From positions 1,642,912 to 1,706,911 of the forward strand of contig NW_003314301.1 of assembly GCF_000143415.4 (NCBI RefSeq): 64,000 nt of DNA, in the 5' to 3' direction. The translations under genes and the position numbers were made by a program. Under the pieces are notes generated by a model. The model searched no databases. It was not told the DNA's origin and was given only the letters and a program-made list of their open reading frames with translations. Shown one piece after another: positions 1 to 12,559 of this stretch (position 1 is the first letter of the stretch; each line of letters starts with the position of its first letter). The DNA comes from Selaginella moellendorffii. Taxonomy: Eukaryota > Plantae > Lycopodiophyta.

Positions 1-1160
1 TTCGAAAGAATGCCGCATCGCGACGTGGTCTCGTGGAATTCCATGATCCAGGCCTACGCCCAGAACGACTGCGTAGACGAAGCACTGGACTTGTTTGCGA
101 AAACACCCGAGCCGGACCTTGTGTGCTGCAATGCCATGATCCACGCCTTTCCTCGTAATGGTCTGCTCGACGACGCAAGATCTCTCTTTGACAGGATGGC
201 CACCAGGAATCTACTGACTTGGACTGGGATGATCGCCGCGTATGGTCAGCTTGGTCACGTCCAGAAAGCCATGCAAGTCTTCTCGAGCATTCCGGACAAG
301 AAGGACGTGGTTGTGTGGACGGCTATGGTGGCGGCGTATGCCAACAACGGAGACATGGCAGGAGCTCGAACGGTGCTGGACAGGATACCTTGCCGAGACG
401 TCCCGGCTTGGAATGCTGCGATCACGGGCTATGCCCTCAGCGGGTATCCCAGGCAAGCACTGGATCTCTTTGCCACAATGGACGTGGAAGGACTGAGAGG
501 AAGCGAAGTAACTTATATCGAGGTCTTAGATGCGTGCGGCAACATGTCCTCTATCCGGCACGGGACAGAGATTCACGAAGGCTTGGCTGCTGGCTGCTCG
601 GACAAAGTTGGCAATGCGTTGCTGAGCATGTATGGCAAATGCGGCCGGCTGGATCGAGCTTGGGAGATCTTCGTGTCCATGCAGCAGCAGCAGCAGCAGC
701 AGAAGCGTCATGGCTGCAAGCAGGAGGAGCTCGTGTCCTGGAACGCGATGGTGGCGGCGTATGCACAGAACGGCCACAACCCCGAGGCGGTGGAGCTGTT
801 TCGAGTGATGAATGTGGAGGGCGTGGAGCCGGACGAAATCACGTTTGTGAGCTTGCTGTCGGCGTGCAGCCATGGTGGGATGCTGGAAACCGCGAGGTGG
901 AGCTTTAAGTCGCTCCTCCAGCGAGACTACCAGTCGGCTCCCACGCACTACATGTGTGTGATCGACTGACTGGGACGAGCAGCCATGGCCGAGCAAGCCG
1001 AGGACTTGATCCGAGATATGCCCTTCCACCCGGATCCAGTGGCGTGGGCGACTCTGTTGGGTAGCAGCGGTGTGGATGTGGGTGGTGACTGGGTGATGGA
1101 GCTCGATCCGCTGCCGTCTACGTCTTGCTCGCAAACATCCACTCCCGGGGCGAGGAGTAA
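1..1160 (+). pseudogene. PLS-class PPR gene with E domain, probably disabled; 5' end lies outside the window
   Basis: ORF 10..969 has repeated DVVSWNxMI/AYAQNG motifs. An in-frame TGA at 967-969 interrupts CVID*LGRA, and the same frame resumes with MPFHPDPVAWATLLG. A frameshift near 1110 precedes the E-domain tail AAVYVLLANIHSRGEE* (TAA 1158-1160). Confidence 0.85.
682..702 (+). repeat. (CAG)7 polyQ microsatellite inside the PPR coding sequence
   Basis: Seven CAG units read directly; the paralogue near 11116 has four. Confidence 0.95.
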
Positions 1161-1194
1161 GCCAGTTGGATCTCCTTTCCAAAGCTTTCGGAGA

Positions 1195-2071
1195 ATGGAG
1201 ACGGGGCGCAGCCGCGTTTCAGAGCTCGCCATCTTTAAGTTGCAACGACGGTGAGTATAAACTCGCTTCTCCTTGCGCTACTACTGACTTTGTTTTCTTC
1301 TATCATGGCGACACTTTTGTCGCCGGGTGCAATCCATTCAACAGTCGTCGGCCAGGTCCCTCCCGATCAAAAGATCTCAAAACAAAAATCTCCACTGAAA
1401 AGCTTGTCTTTTTGGTGATTATTGCAGGCCGGAGTTGCGAGAAATGCGGCCGAGTGCATGGCCAAACTCGCCTTCGTTCTCATCAGTGTCGTAGGGGACG
1501 ACATAGATGGTAAAGGAGGCAATGATCTTTCCAAGTCTTCTAAACTTCGGATTTCTTCCTAGGAAATGCTGTGGTGGATCACTGGAAGGCTCTGGGCTTA
1601 CCGACAAACGGTAGTAGCTCTCTCTTCGTTTTGCTCGCAGTGGAGAAAACCAAAAAAAAAAAAGCCTTTTTGTGAGTCGTAGCTCATGAATTATTACGTT
1701 ACAGCCCTGACGATAGTGGAAACTGATGCTGGCTCGAACCACACTGGAACATTTGCTTGCTTCGCCACTGGAGTTTCTCCGTTAGCAATTGATGATCTAT
1801 GAGAATTGGATAACCACTTACACTTGCAAGCGGTTTCCAGTGACTCGGGAGTGAGGTTGGCATCCAGCAACACAGCCGGTGCTGCTTGGATGAGAATTGT
1901 GAGATCCATTCCGGGGTCAAGTGTTTCTCCTGGAAACTTGATCAGGAGAAGAAAGTACTGCGGACGAAACTGTTTAGTGTCCTCGCTTATATATCGCCAA
2001 ACGAGAAAGAACTGGCTGGTTTGGGAGAAACACTATCGAGTCTTGACACTGCTCTAGTTCCTAGTGGCTGA
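1195..2071 (+). pseudogene. pfkB-family kinase (pseudouridine kinase, PUKI-like) pseudogene with an internal inversion
   Basis: Plus-strand exons: GVARNAAECMAKL..ISVVGDD, GNAVVDHWKALGLPT and VLAYISPNEKEL. The exons EKHLTPEWISQF, APAVLLDANLTPESLETACK and VPVWFEPASV lie on the minus strand at 1642-1956. Frameshifts are present and one exon is missing. Confidence 0.75.
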
Positions 2072-2192
2072 CCAAGGAGCAGCACTACATCCATCTCCAT
2101 GTTAATGAATCACCCATTAAAATTTCAATTAGAGCTAAGTGGGATTGCCGCTTCTTATTAAAACAAAACAACCTCTCTTGTTGGCTGCTGAA

Positions 2193-3725
2193 TCAAGGAC
2201 ATGATTTTGCCAGTCGTGGGACGAGCATTAGGGGTTCTTCTCTGATTAAAACAATGCCAAAGTAAGCTTTCATATTGACCTCGTCCTTTCCATCTGGGAG
2301 GCTCCACTCAAATGTGTGCAGCATTGTAGCCAGAGCATAGTGCACCATAGTGAGACCCATGTTCAATGCGGGACACATTCTTCGGCCTGATCCAAAGGGT
2401 ATCAGCTCGAAGTTCTGACCTGTGACTTGCACATCAGACTTTGTCTCCAGAAAGCGTTTGGGATTAAACTTGTTGGCCTCGCTCCAAGTAGATTCATCTC
2501 TTCCAAGAGCATACGCATTAACCAGCAGCCCTGTTCCTGCAGGAATGTTGTATCCCCAGATGTTACAAGATTCCACGGATTCATGAGGAGCTAGCAAAGG
2601 TGCCGGAGGATGTAAGCGAAGTGTTTCTTTGACTATGGCCTGCAGAAACTCGAGCTTTGGGATATGCTCCTCCTCCACGGTACCATTACTTCCAACAATC
2701 TCCTCCAGTTCTTGTTTTACTTCTTGCATTAACTCGGGATTTCTCATGAGCTCGGCCAGAGCCCAATCCATTGTGACTGCGATGGCGTCTGTACCTGCTG
2801 CAAGCATATCCTGAGATGCGAAAACAACCAGTTAGTACTTCAAACTTCTCCCATGTCTTACCGAAGTCAACGCCTTGATTCTGGTATCATCTAGAACTCC
2901 ACCAGCAATCAAAACGTCCATGAAATCCTTCACCTCGTGATGAGACTCCCGGGTTTTCTTGTGCTCTTGAAGTTGCTCTCCAAGGTAGTTCACCAGTTGC
3001 GTTTGGAGCCACTTGATCCTGAAGACTTTGGGATCAGCCCAGCTGAGGCATGGGATAAGATCCCCGATTTGCAGACCATTCCCAACTTTGGAGGCTTCAT
3101 TGAGGTTGTTGAGGAATTCTTTCAGCTTTTCAGATTCACTACCTGAGGCGTCCGAAATGCTCTTGTTCAACACCATGCGGCTCATGGTGTTGAAGGCGAA
3201 TTGGAAAAACCTGGAAGTCAGATCTACAGGTCTTCTCTGGCTGCATGCTTCCACAAGTTCCGTGATGAGCATGGACATTTCCAGCTTCCGCACGGGCTGG
3301 AACATCTGCACGCGCTTTGTAATGAAAAACTCAAGAGTGCAAATCTTCCTCAAATGCCTCCAGTGATCACCGTAAGGAGCCCATACCAAATCCGTCGCCT
3401 CGTACCCAAAATACTTGGCTGCTGAGTTTGCAGGCCTGGAAGCAAATTCACGGTCATGAGTCTTGAGAACTTCTTCTGCAGCAGCTGGTGTCGAAGCTAC
3501 TAGTGTCTTGATTCTCCCCAGCTGCAGGTACATGAGCCCTCCATGCTGCTTTGCAAGCTGGAAAAGATACTCATGCGGAAGTTTCTTTCCTACCAAATGA
3601 ATGTGGCCTATGATGGGCAGCGCTCTTGGAGATGGTGGAAGACTTTGATTTCGCTTGTTAGTACACAAGAGCACAACTAGTATGAGAGCAAGCGTGAGCA
3701 CAATTGTAAGTATCATTTCTAGCAT
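2193..3725 (-). CDS. Cytochrome P450, CYP71 clan (A-type), two exons (3725..2862 and 2810..2193)
   Basis: N-terminal membrane anchor, LPPSP hinge, I-helix AAGTDA, ETLR, PKRF and heme motif PFGSGRRMCP. A 51-nt phase-0 GT-AG intron at 2861..2811 sits at the typical A-type position. Confidence 0.93.
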
Positions 3726-3869
3726 ACTGGCATGTGGAAGTAAGCTTAGTTCTTTATGTATACAGATTGGAATATACTGGATAGGTATCTTGCAACAAGT
3801 ATATAAGTATATACCTAAGTTATTATATGTAGTTATTATATGAATCGTCACTTTCAATATCTTTTGTAG

Positions 3870-6600
3870 GATCCCAATTGTGACAGACCATCAGGCACTG
3901 CAATGGCTTTAAACATGAATACATTATATTTTACATTACATATTCTGTCATATTTTAATAATGGAAGGCCCAATTTAGAGTAAACACTTTTTTAAAAAGT
4001 ATGTTTACCAAACACTTTTACTATTATGCCCTTTGTGTTAATCTTGTTTGATCCTAAATATTATTTATAGAAAGTGTTTAAATTTGTTTATTTGGCATGG
4101 AATGTAAAGATTGTGTTGAAGACAATGGTGTTAGTCCCACGTCCAAATTCACAATCTAGCACTATTCTATATTTAGTAAGTTTCAAATTTGTCCTAAAGA
4201 TTAACTCCTGGTACTAAAAGTGGCTAAGGGTGAAAGTTCCTCAACAGGGGGTTTAAATGTATAGTAGGAATAGTAGGTAAGTTAAGCATGGTTGATTAAT
4301 CTGAGGTATAATTTAACTCCCACTTACGTGTTTGTTTTTGTTTTACATTTGACTTGGGTCTAAGCCCAAGTTCCACATTATACTAGCTGGTGAAATACTT
4401 ATATTCTTGCGTTAGGCCACTGGAATACTAAAATAGTTCCAAATTTCATTTAGCTCCATTTGTGTGTTAGTCCTGACATTGGGATGTTGGATGCAATTGT
4501 TCCAAGTTATTTCGTGCTTCTATCCCTTTGCTCTTTGGGCTGTACGCTTAGAAGTCATTCTGTGCTCTAGTATTGTTGATGTTTAAATTTGAGTGAAATA
4601 GGATATTTATCCATAGAATTGATATTGAGTTTGATTAGACTCAATACATATAGTATTAATAATTTGGCTATAGCTTTATATTATTAGCATTCATGTATTT
4701 GCTAGTTAATAATTATATTAGCTTTCAAATGAGTTGAGTGGCAAGTTTGAGTTAGTTGTGTTCTAAATAAGATTATTTAGTAAGGGTTAAGCTTTTAGCT
4801 TTTCCTTGAAAAATAATTGAGTTGTGGACTATATTAGCTTTGCAAAAGAAAAAGATTTTAAAGTTATTGATTCCTTATTGGATTTGAGTTGAGAATATAT
4901 TGATCATTGATGATTTCTCTTGTGTTTGTTATGAAATGAATTATATTTTATTATGCACAAATAAATTTATGGAGGATTGTTTAGTGATCACTTATTAAAC
5001 ATAACTTTGTTGTGCTTAGCTTTGGATTGATGCAAATATACTCTTCTTTAGTTTTGGCATTATTAAGTGTAGCTTCTAGATGTGTTAAGAAGGATATTGT
5101 GGGTTGCACCATGATTTTTTGTTTAACATTAACATTAGTTTATATGAGACTTGTGATCATTGTTAGGTAGAACTTAAATATAAGCTTCTTTAAACTTTAT
5201 GTTCTTTGAGTTTTATACTTTATGGTCTATTTGTTAAAAGGTGTTAGGGAAGGCATTTTTGGTTTATTATCTTCGATGTTAAAGTTAATATTTACATCTA
5301 ACAATCATTGATAATGATTAATTATCATCTAGAATAGTTGATCATCCTTGTCAAAAGTTTTGCTTGATTATTATTGATATATAATGATTACTGGTCTTTT
5401 GGATGGTGGATTCTTTATTTAACAATTATGCATCTCTCTATTGATAGAATGATTGATAATCTTTCATGATAGTTAATTATTCAATTTGATGGCTTTTAGC
5501 TTTTCGCATTACCATATATTTTTGTGTGGATTGTTTTGGATTAGTCTCTTGAGTTTTAGACATCGGTAAAATGTTGCTGACACTTGCTTAAGCAACTTGA
5601 GTTCCTTCGTATTGTTGATTGAGATTTATTCAAGTTGGCTAATGTAATAATTAGCATAATTAAGTATTTATTGATCTTGCCACATTCATTTTGTTTTGTT
5701 TATTATTACTATAGTTACTTTTGATAAATTTGATGTTTTTTCCTTTGGGTGATATATTCATGAGGATTTTGCTCACTAGTCAATACGTTCTGTAAGTTGT
5801 CTTTCATAAGTTGTTTAGCATACTATTTGTAATTTTTGATAGCTAAATTTTATCATTGATTGTTCTTGATAGTATACTTGTTATTGAGTTTCGTGGATGG
5901 TTAATCTTATGTGTTCTAACTATAGTGATCTTGGTGGTTCCTATACTATAATTCTAGTTTATTGGATGAAAACTGCACTAGAATACTTAAAATTAGCTTT
6001 GATGTAGCTCTTCCATCATGAAGAAATATAGTCTATAAGCTTTGTCATAAAAAAAAATCAATTTTCACTTTATTCTTACAAGGATTGTGAGACTAATAAC
6101 TTTCCCACAATTCTAACCAAGAATGAAGTTTTGACTATCATAAACATCTATTGATAATTTCCATTCCATGATACTATAATCTTTGGCATGTTTGATATAC
6201 CAATAGTAATCATGAATACAAGATTGATTCAACCTTTAAGGTCTAAAAAAATTAAAAAATCTTTAATGAGATAAACAAAATCCTTGAACCTCAATAATTT
6301 AGCAACTTTGCCACATTAGAACATCATTAAAAATCTTGGCTATCACTTATGCCATACTCCTCATCAAGATCTATATCCCATTCATTTACCATCCTTAAAA
6401 GAATATATTGCTCCGATACTAATGAAACAAACAAAGAGTGAATCCTAGGCCAACCTCCCAACTTTTAAAGCATTACAACTTTAAATCCCACAATCCATAG
6501 AATAGTGTTAACTTTGGACTCATTATAACATCTGAATAAGTATATCCTAGCAAGAGCTCCTCAAGTGCCATTAGGGAAACCATGCACTAGCAATTCTTAT
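3870..6600. mobile_element. Heavily decayed LTR-retrotransposon remains (several pieces)
   Basis: VTDHQALQWL RNase H motif near 3880. The segment near 4405-4490 resembles LTR sequence at ~39520. A reverse-strand PBS-like GCTCCGATACTA sits at ~6410. Very AT-rich, no ORFs. Confidence 0.55.
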
Positions 6601-8069
6601 TCAAATCTTGAAGTGTCTTACATGAATCCCTATATTCATTTTCTGCCTTTTATTTTGATTTTTGGGCCAAGAAAGGTCAAACCTTGTTTTGTAAGAAGTT
6701 TTCACAGCCTTTGTTGGCCACAGTGTCATTCCCCTAATCTGTACTCTTGGGGGTCATTGGAAGACAATTGTCACATCTGCATACTTGCATTCCTTGCAGT
6801 GGGTGTTATATTGTGTTCACATATGATACACTTTATATTTTACAGGAGATAGGTTCACCAAAAAACAAGACACAATACTTTTCTTTTTTCTACTTTGGAA
6901 GTGTTCATCCTACATAACTTTTAGTGTGGGATCCTGTGGAGATACATCTAAATGGTACCATTTTGCTGCCATCACTTGTATAAAATCTCTAGCTGGATTG
7001 TCTTGCCATCTTAAGTTACAATTCTTAGCACTGTCCATTGTTTCTTTCAGTGATCTTTTGTTGAGAGGAAAAAAAATATCCCTGCTGAGAAATCGTGAGT
7101 ATGGGTCTGGAGGTATAGGACAATTGTGACAGATATGTATCCTTATGTTTATATTAATATAAATATGTATACAATACAATATCCTCTTGTCACCACAGTT
7201 ATATGTACAGCTATAGTGTACACTTTTATATTCTACAAGGGCTAACAAAGGATCTCACCAATCTTCCTTGCAACGAGCAAGTATTGACAACACGCACAAC
7301 AGGTTGCAGGGGATCGAAGACGAACAAAGAGAAGATGAGGGACCACAGAGAGAGAAAAATCCATGCATTGCATGATAAGTCCCATGCCTCCCAATACACT
7401 TTTTATATTTACTGACAATAAAGGTTTACTTGTTAAATAAGTTTATTTATCTGGTCCCACTTAGGAAATAAGTTTTTAAAAACTGTCCAAAACATTTGTA
7501 GCGGTCTATTGTCCCTTTCAATGATCTTTTGTGGGTCAGAAGGATCTAAATCCCTTGTATTATGATGTTTTGGACGAATATATATGCATTAAATCTGCAC
7601 CTTAGACAGACGAGCAGAAATAGCATATTACTGAGAATGTCACTATAAATTCTATCCTTAATTGCTTTGGAAATAACACTTTATGATTTAATAATCTTAT
7701 ATTTTCTTGACAAGATTCTATGACTTGCAAGAAACACATAATTCTTATTTATAATTTCGTACTGTGATCACTTCAACACATGCATCTGTGACATTATTTC
7801 CACATTATGGCATAGTCATATTAAAGCATACTTCTATTATTAAATTACAACTCAAAAGGACTTTGTCATGTGATCAAATCTAGGACGGAATAAAAATTAT
7901 ACATTGCTAGCAGAATGTAATGAAGATTTACTGCATCCACAATGAACAGTCCTGCCCTATTTTCTGTTTAGCTCATGTGATGAAAATTAGGTTAGGGTTA
8001 GGGCAACTGCCGGCATTAGAGTTTTACAGAAAATTGTCTTCACAGAAGTCCTTGTGAATCCCTGATTCA

Positions 8070-9350
8070 ATGAGTGTAAACGCAGTGATGCAGGCTAGCA
8101 CTTCCAGGAGTGGCTTAAGATTTTTAAAGCCTATCCATTCGTTCTCATCTCAAGGAGCCTTTCAGCTTGCAGCTCCACAGCAAAACCAAAACCTTGAGCT
8201 GCCTCATCGACTTCATGTTTCATTGGAGGCTTTGGAACGCTCCAGAACATCACTCCATGATTTTGTAAGATGTAGTTGCAATTGTCATGACTGACAAGCG
8301 CGTGCTTTTAGTACATCTCACATTTCATGTTCCATGGCCTGGATCCCGGCAACCACGAACACAACTTCAAGTACTTGCCAGTTCTTGCTTTCACGGAGGC
8401 TTATGTGTATGAGGTCTGTAATTCCAAGAGCCCTATGGAGTATCTGAATTGTTATGGGCACAGGTCGATGTAGAATACGAGAAAGCTCTCAAGAAAATGC
8501 AGGATATCCATGACCCAGTCAATGACGTGGATCCCTTTTATGGGCTTAAACTGGAACTCACGGCTCGAAATCTCTGGACGGATAGGTACGTCTGATGTCC
8601 ATTCAACTGGCTCAATCATTGCTTGAAACAATGCAGGATGGCAAATGAACTTTTGAAAGGATGCCATTACTTGAAACTAGAGCAATCCATTTGTCATTCC
8701 AGTCCAGAAGATCAAATTTCAATCCTAGATGCTCGCAGAGCTTTGGAGTTCAAATCATTCGACTACAAGTTGCTCAACCCCTTGCTTTACAAAATGAGGG
8801 GAGAAGAGGTGAATGAGTTCCACTTCGGCTTTCTAGAGTTGTCAAATCGTCTTGTGGAGTTAGCAGATAACTTGTAAGTGATCCCCGTGGATTTGTTGTC
8901 TGATTAACTTCCTTATATATATTTGCAGGTCTGATTACGAGGTGAGTTACAAAAGGCTTTAATGATTTCCCCTGCGGATGATGAATATAGGAGGACGTCA
9001 AAGACAACTCATTCAACATAGTGTGCGTGTTTTACAAAGTTTATGGACCAAAACTCGGTTCACAAATGCTGGTGCGTTGGCAACTGGCTTTGATTTTAAC
9101 TCGTATTGTCCTACAGGCTGAGTACATTTCCGCTGTTAAACTACGGTTTGAAGAAAAACTAAACAAGCTAGAGCCGGAGCTGAGAGAAAAGTTCCCAATT
9201 CGTTATCAAGAGGAGCTTTCGAGAGGTACTAACGAGTTTCGATATAAATCCTTAATTGGTTGTGTTCTAGGCAAAAGCATTGCGGAAACCTGGGAAGTGC
9301 CCCCATTTATCGATGAGACACCTTATAGCGCTTTGGTATCAAGCAAATGA
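8070..9350 (+). CDS. Conserved plant protein of unknown function (At5g10320-like), about 8 exons including a 13-nt microexon
   Basis: Splicing GT-AG introns gives an open product: FMFHGLD..FKYLPVLAFTEAYVYE..KSFDYKLLNPLLYKMRGEEVNEFHFGFL..LVELADNL/SDYE/EDVKDNSFNI..TWEVPP. Microexon at 8929-8941. Confidence 0.78.
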
Positions 9351-10149
9351 TACACTAAACCAGGAAATATGGGTTTGAAAGGTCGACAAAGCGAGTAAAG
9401 TCTCATACTAGAACATAAATTCTCTCTAGGACATTCTAGGACTCTTTTCTTGTCGAATAGGTGTGTCTTCCGTGGTACTCCTCTCCATCAGTCTCAAAGC
9501 TTCACGAAACAAATCTGCTGATGCTTCATTGTCGCCCGTGACGTGAATATTGTTCCGTATGAAAAAGGCTACAAAGTTAATACCCGTCATGTACTTTGCT
9601 TGCACCAATGCCGACATTACAGCTCCAACCTATCTATCGCTGGGTTTCTCCTTTGCAAGCTTAAGAGCCCTGAAGAAGAAACAAAACAAATGTGAGAGAC
9701 AACTTCAATCACAGTGACTCAACGTTTTGTCAACGTGAATGCCACGGTGAGCTGGAGCAGGAGAACCAAAATCTGGCTGTCCAACCAATACTGCAATCGC
9801 TGAATAAACGAACAATCACATTAAAGTGGAATTTTGAAAAATACCATAATCAAAATGATCAGACAATTGGTGGGGGCTAGGGCGGACGAAAACTGTTGAG
9901 ACTGACGTATTCACGGTCTGTATTCCTAAGGTGGCTGTTTCTGTGTATCAAGAGTCGTTTGTCGAACTCATTTCAGGTCCGAAACACAGCCAGCAGCGGA
10001 AAGAAGGGAGGCAAGAAGAAAATATAAGTTTTTTCAATTCACTTTGATCTGATTCCTTAGATAGGGATTGGACGACGGCAAATCGTGTTTGTGTAGCTTT
10101 TTCTACCGGACTCAATTTAATTCGATTCGCTCCTGTGCTTCTATGGTCT

Positions 10150-10216
10150 CGCAAAGATGAGGATCACGCCTTCCGCAAGGTCAAGTGAGGATCAGAACGT
10201 TCTCACGAACTTCTGG
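10150..10216 (+). pseudogene. RPS3a: Fragment of a 40S ribosomal protein S3a exon
   Basis: KDEDHAFRKVK...QNVLTNFW followed by a GTAAG donor; has an internal deletion. Confidence 0.6.
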
Positions 10217-10559
10217 GTAAGAGATGTTTTTGTCCTCCTTTTGTGCTAGCTTCAGTGTCTAGATTGCAGCATGCAGGAAGTGGCAGATGTAATGCAGCCT
10301 CAAGACGTAGGAGTCGTGACGAGAAGCTCAATCGCTGCCACGACGTGGTTTCCTGGACGAAATGCTTCTCAAAGGATGACAGGATCGAGGAGATAGCGAG
10401 ATCACATATTCTGATCCGGCGAGACGCCCAAGAGAGCAAGAGCATGGCGCGGGAGAGTGGGGGCTTAGGGTGAGGTGCCTGACCTCGGGTGTCCGAGCTC
10501 AGCCCGGGTACCACGATCATAATTCTTCCCAAAAGTCTTTGGATTCTCTCGAATTCTAA

Positions 10560-10980
10560 CAAAGTGAATTCCAGTCTGCTCCAATTGAAGTTTTGATGGA
10601 ATTTTTTACATGATCCCCCCAACTAAAGGTCCAATCGAACTCTCCATCCGGAAAATGAGAGGGTATACAAAAAGACTGTCACGATTATTGAGGTTCATAA
10701 TCCCATCCTCGAGGATACGTTTCCACTTGCTCATTGATCTAGTTACCTGCAAAGACAAAGTCAACTCCATCTCTAACTTCAGACAACCAAACCTTCTCAA
10801 ACTGCGTTAGTACGAGATGAGTTGTCTTTGGCTCCTCTCCAGCTTGATCGATGTCGTTTAACTCGTCCTCCTCATCGTCATCTTGTTCATTCAAGGGAGG
10901 CTCTGATCCTTCGGAGTCCACACCTTCCACTTGTGTTGCTGTCGCTACCAGAGTCTCGTTAGCCGGTTCTTCTGTAGGTT
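10560..10980 (-). pseudogene. 3' fragment of the TFIIA large subunit gene
   Basis: Acidic EPPLNEQDDDEEDE..HLVLTQFEK, an intron, then VTRSMSKWKRILEDGIMNLNNRDSLF. This matches the TFIIA-L C-terminal motif (VLAQFDKVTRTKSRWKCTLKDGIM). Truncated at the 5' side. Confidence 0.75.
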
Positions 10981-12410
10981 ACAATGAGCCTGGCGACGAA
11001 GGTTCACAGTCGGATCCATAGTATCGCTCGAAACAGCTCCACGCCGCGGGGTTGTGGCCGTTCTGTGCGTACGCCGCGGCCGTCTGGATCAAGCTTGGGA
11101 AATCTTCGTGACCATGCAGCAGCAGCAGCGTCAGTGCTGGAACGCGATGATGGTGGCATTTGCCATACATGCCGATCGAGTTTCCGTTGTTCGAGCAGCC
11201 AGCAGCCAAGGTTTCGTGAATCTTTGCCTGCCGGACAGAAGACACGTTACATCCCCCCAGCGCCGCCCATTGTCGCAGACATCTCCAGGCTTTGCCTGGA
11301 TCAAGCCCGTGATCGCAGCATTTCAAGCCGGGACGTCTCGGCAAGGAATCCTGTCCAGCACTTGTCCGGAATGCCCGAGAAGACTTGCATGGCTTTCTGG
11401 ACATGCCCGCGGCTATCATCCCAGTCCAAGCCACTAGTAGCCACCTGTAAGTCGTCAAGCAGACAATTGGCGTGATCATGGCATTGCTCGTGTGTAACAA
11501 TTCCAGTGCTTCGCGCACGCAGTCGTTCTGGGGTAGGCCTGGATCATGGAATTCCACGAGACCACATTCTTTCGAAACAAAGTCTCGCCTCCTTCACTTT
11601 CCAGCTCAGGCTCACCATCGCAGTAAAAGTTAGAACTTCTCTCGCGAGAACCGTCTCTTCAAACACGCTCCCGAACGCAGCCCAGGAAACACCATTCCGG
11701 AAGCTCATCCCCAATGGTGTTTCCTGGGCTGCGTTCATCAGCTCTCGTGCCCCCGTGATGCACATGAGCTTGGAATTCCAGGCCATGTCATTGTGTTGTG
11801 GCATCTTTCCAGCAAACCAACCGCCTCATCGAGAGCTTGCAGATGTAAAAGCCCCTCAAGCATAACCATTGTGAAGCTTTGCCACGATAACCTTTCTGAG
11901 CACAGCATACCCGTCCAGGACACGATATTCTTGTCCCGAGTGCCCTCAAACAAAAGCCATGCCTCGTAGAGAAATCCACCACCATTGTGTTCCAAGAGAT
12001 GGTGCTGGCATATCCTTAGCATGCCGTATGTGGTGATATCACAACCGTTCCAAGACACAACGTCCCACATGGCCATTGCATCCAACACCTTCTTTTCCTT
12101 TGAAACGGCGAGCACGCAGTCATGAGTCCCCGTCCATGAGTCAGGCATGGTCAGATTGCCCAGTCCGGGCATATGCTGCTATGAGAGGATTTGAGGCGTG
12201 CTCTTGTGTGGCATCTGCTCAAACAGTTGCCTCGCCTCGTCCATTGATCATATGAGACTGTGTCAAACACGAGTCAAACAATCCCTGGTGTAGCTGATGC
12301 ACCCATTGCAGACGAGCTCCACGATGATTGTGTTGTAGGAGAAGGAATTGAGCTGCTAAATGCTTTGATCCAGCCAATGCTGCCGCCTATGTCTTACTAG
12401 CAAACATCCA
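10981..12410. pseudogene. Degenerate, rearranged paralogue of the PPR gene at 1-1160
   Basis: The body is on the minus strand (MYGKC, AAYAQNGHNP and RDVPAWN-type DNA match 10-800). Segment 11078-11155 and the E-domain tail (~12360-12410) are on the plus strand. Confidence 0.8.
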
Positions 12411-12441
12411 GGTGGATCTCCTTTCCAAGCTCTATCAAGGA

Positions 12442-12501
12442 ATGGAGATGGGGTGCAGCCGCATTTTGGCCATAGCTCACCATCTTCAAGCTGCGATGAT
12501 G
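12442..12501 (+). pseudogene. Second copy of the first exon of the pfkB/PUKI-like gene, with a PTS2-like signal
   Basis: DNA similar to 1195-1250. Translates as MEMGCSRILAIAHHL (R-I-x5-H-L), followed by a GTGAGT donor. Confidence 0.55.
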
Positions 12502-12559
12502 GTGAGTCACTCTGCTGGTGTTGCTGGTTTAGACTATTAGTCTTTTTAATATTTCAGTT

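Noticed and set aside
967-969. TGA as a readthrough, selenocysteine or editable codon in the PPR gene
   Set aside because: A downstream frameshift near 1110 and a broken neighbouring gene make pseudogenisation the simpler explanation.
6560-7420. Exon-like pieces here and at 9420-9830, 20200-20500, 21100-22100 and 40250-40700
   Set aside because: Some splice-like signals are present, but I could not recognise any protein family, so they were not called.
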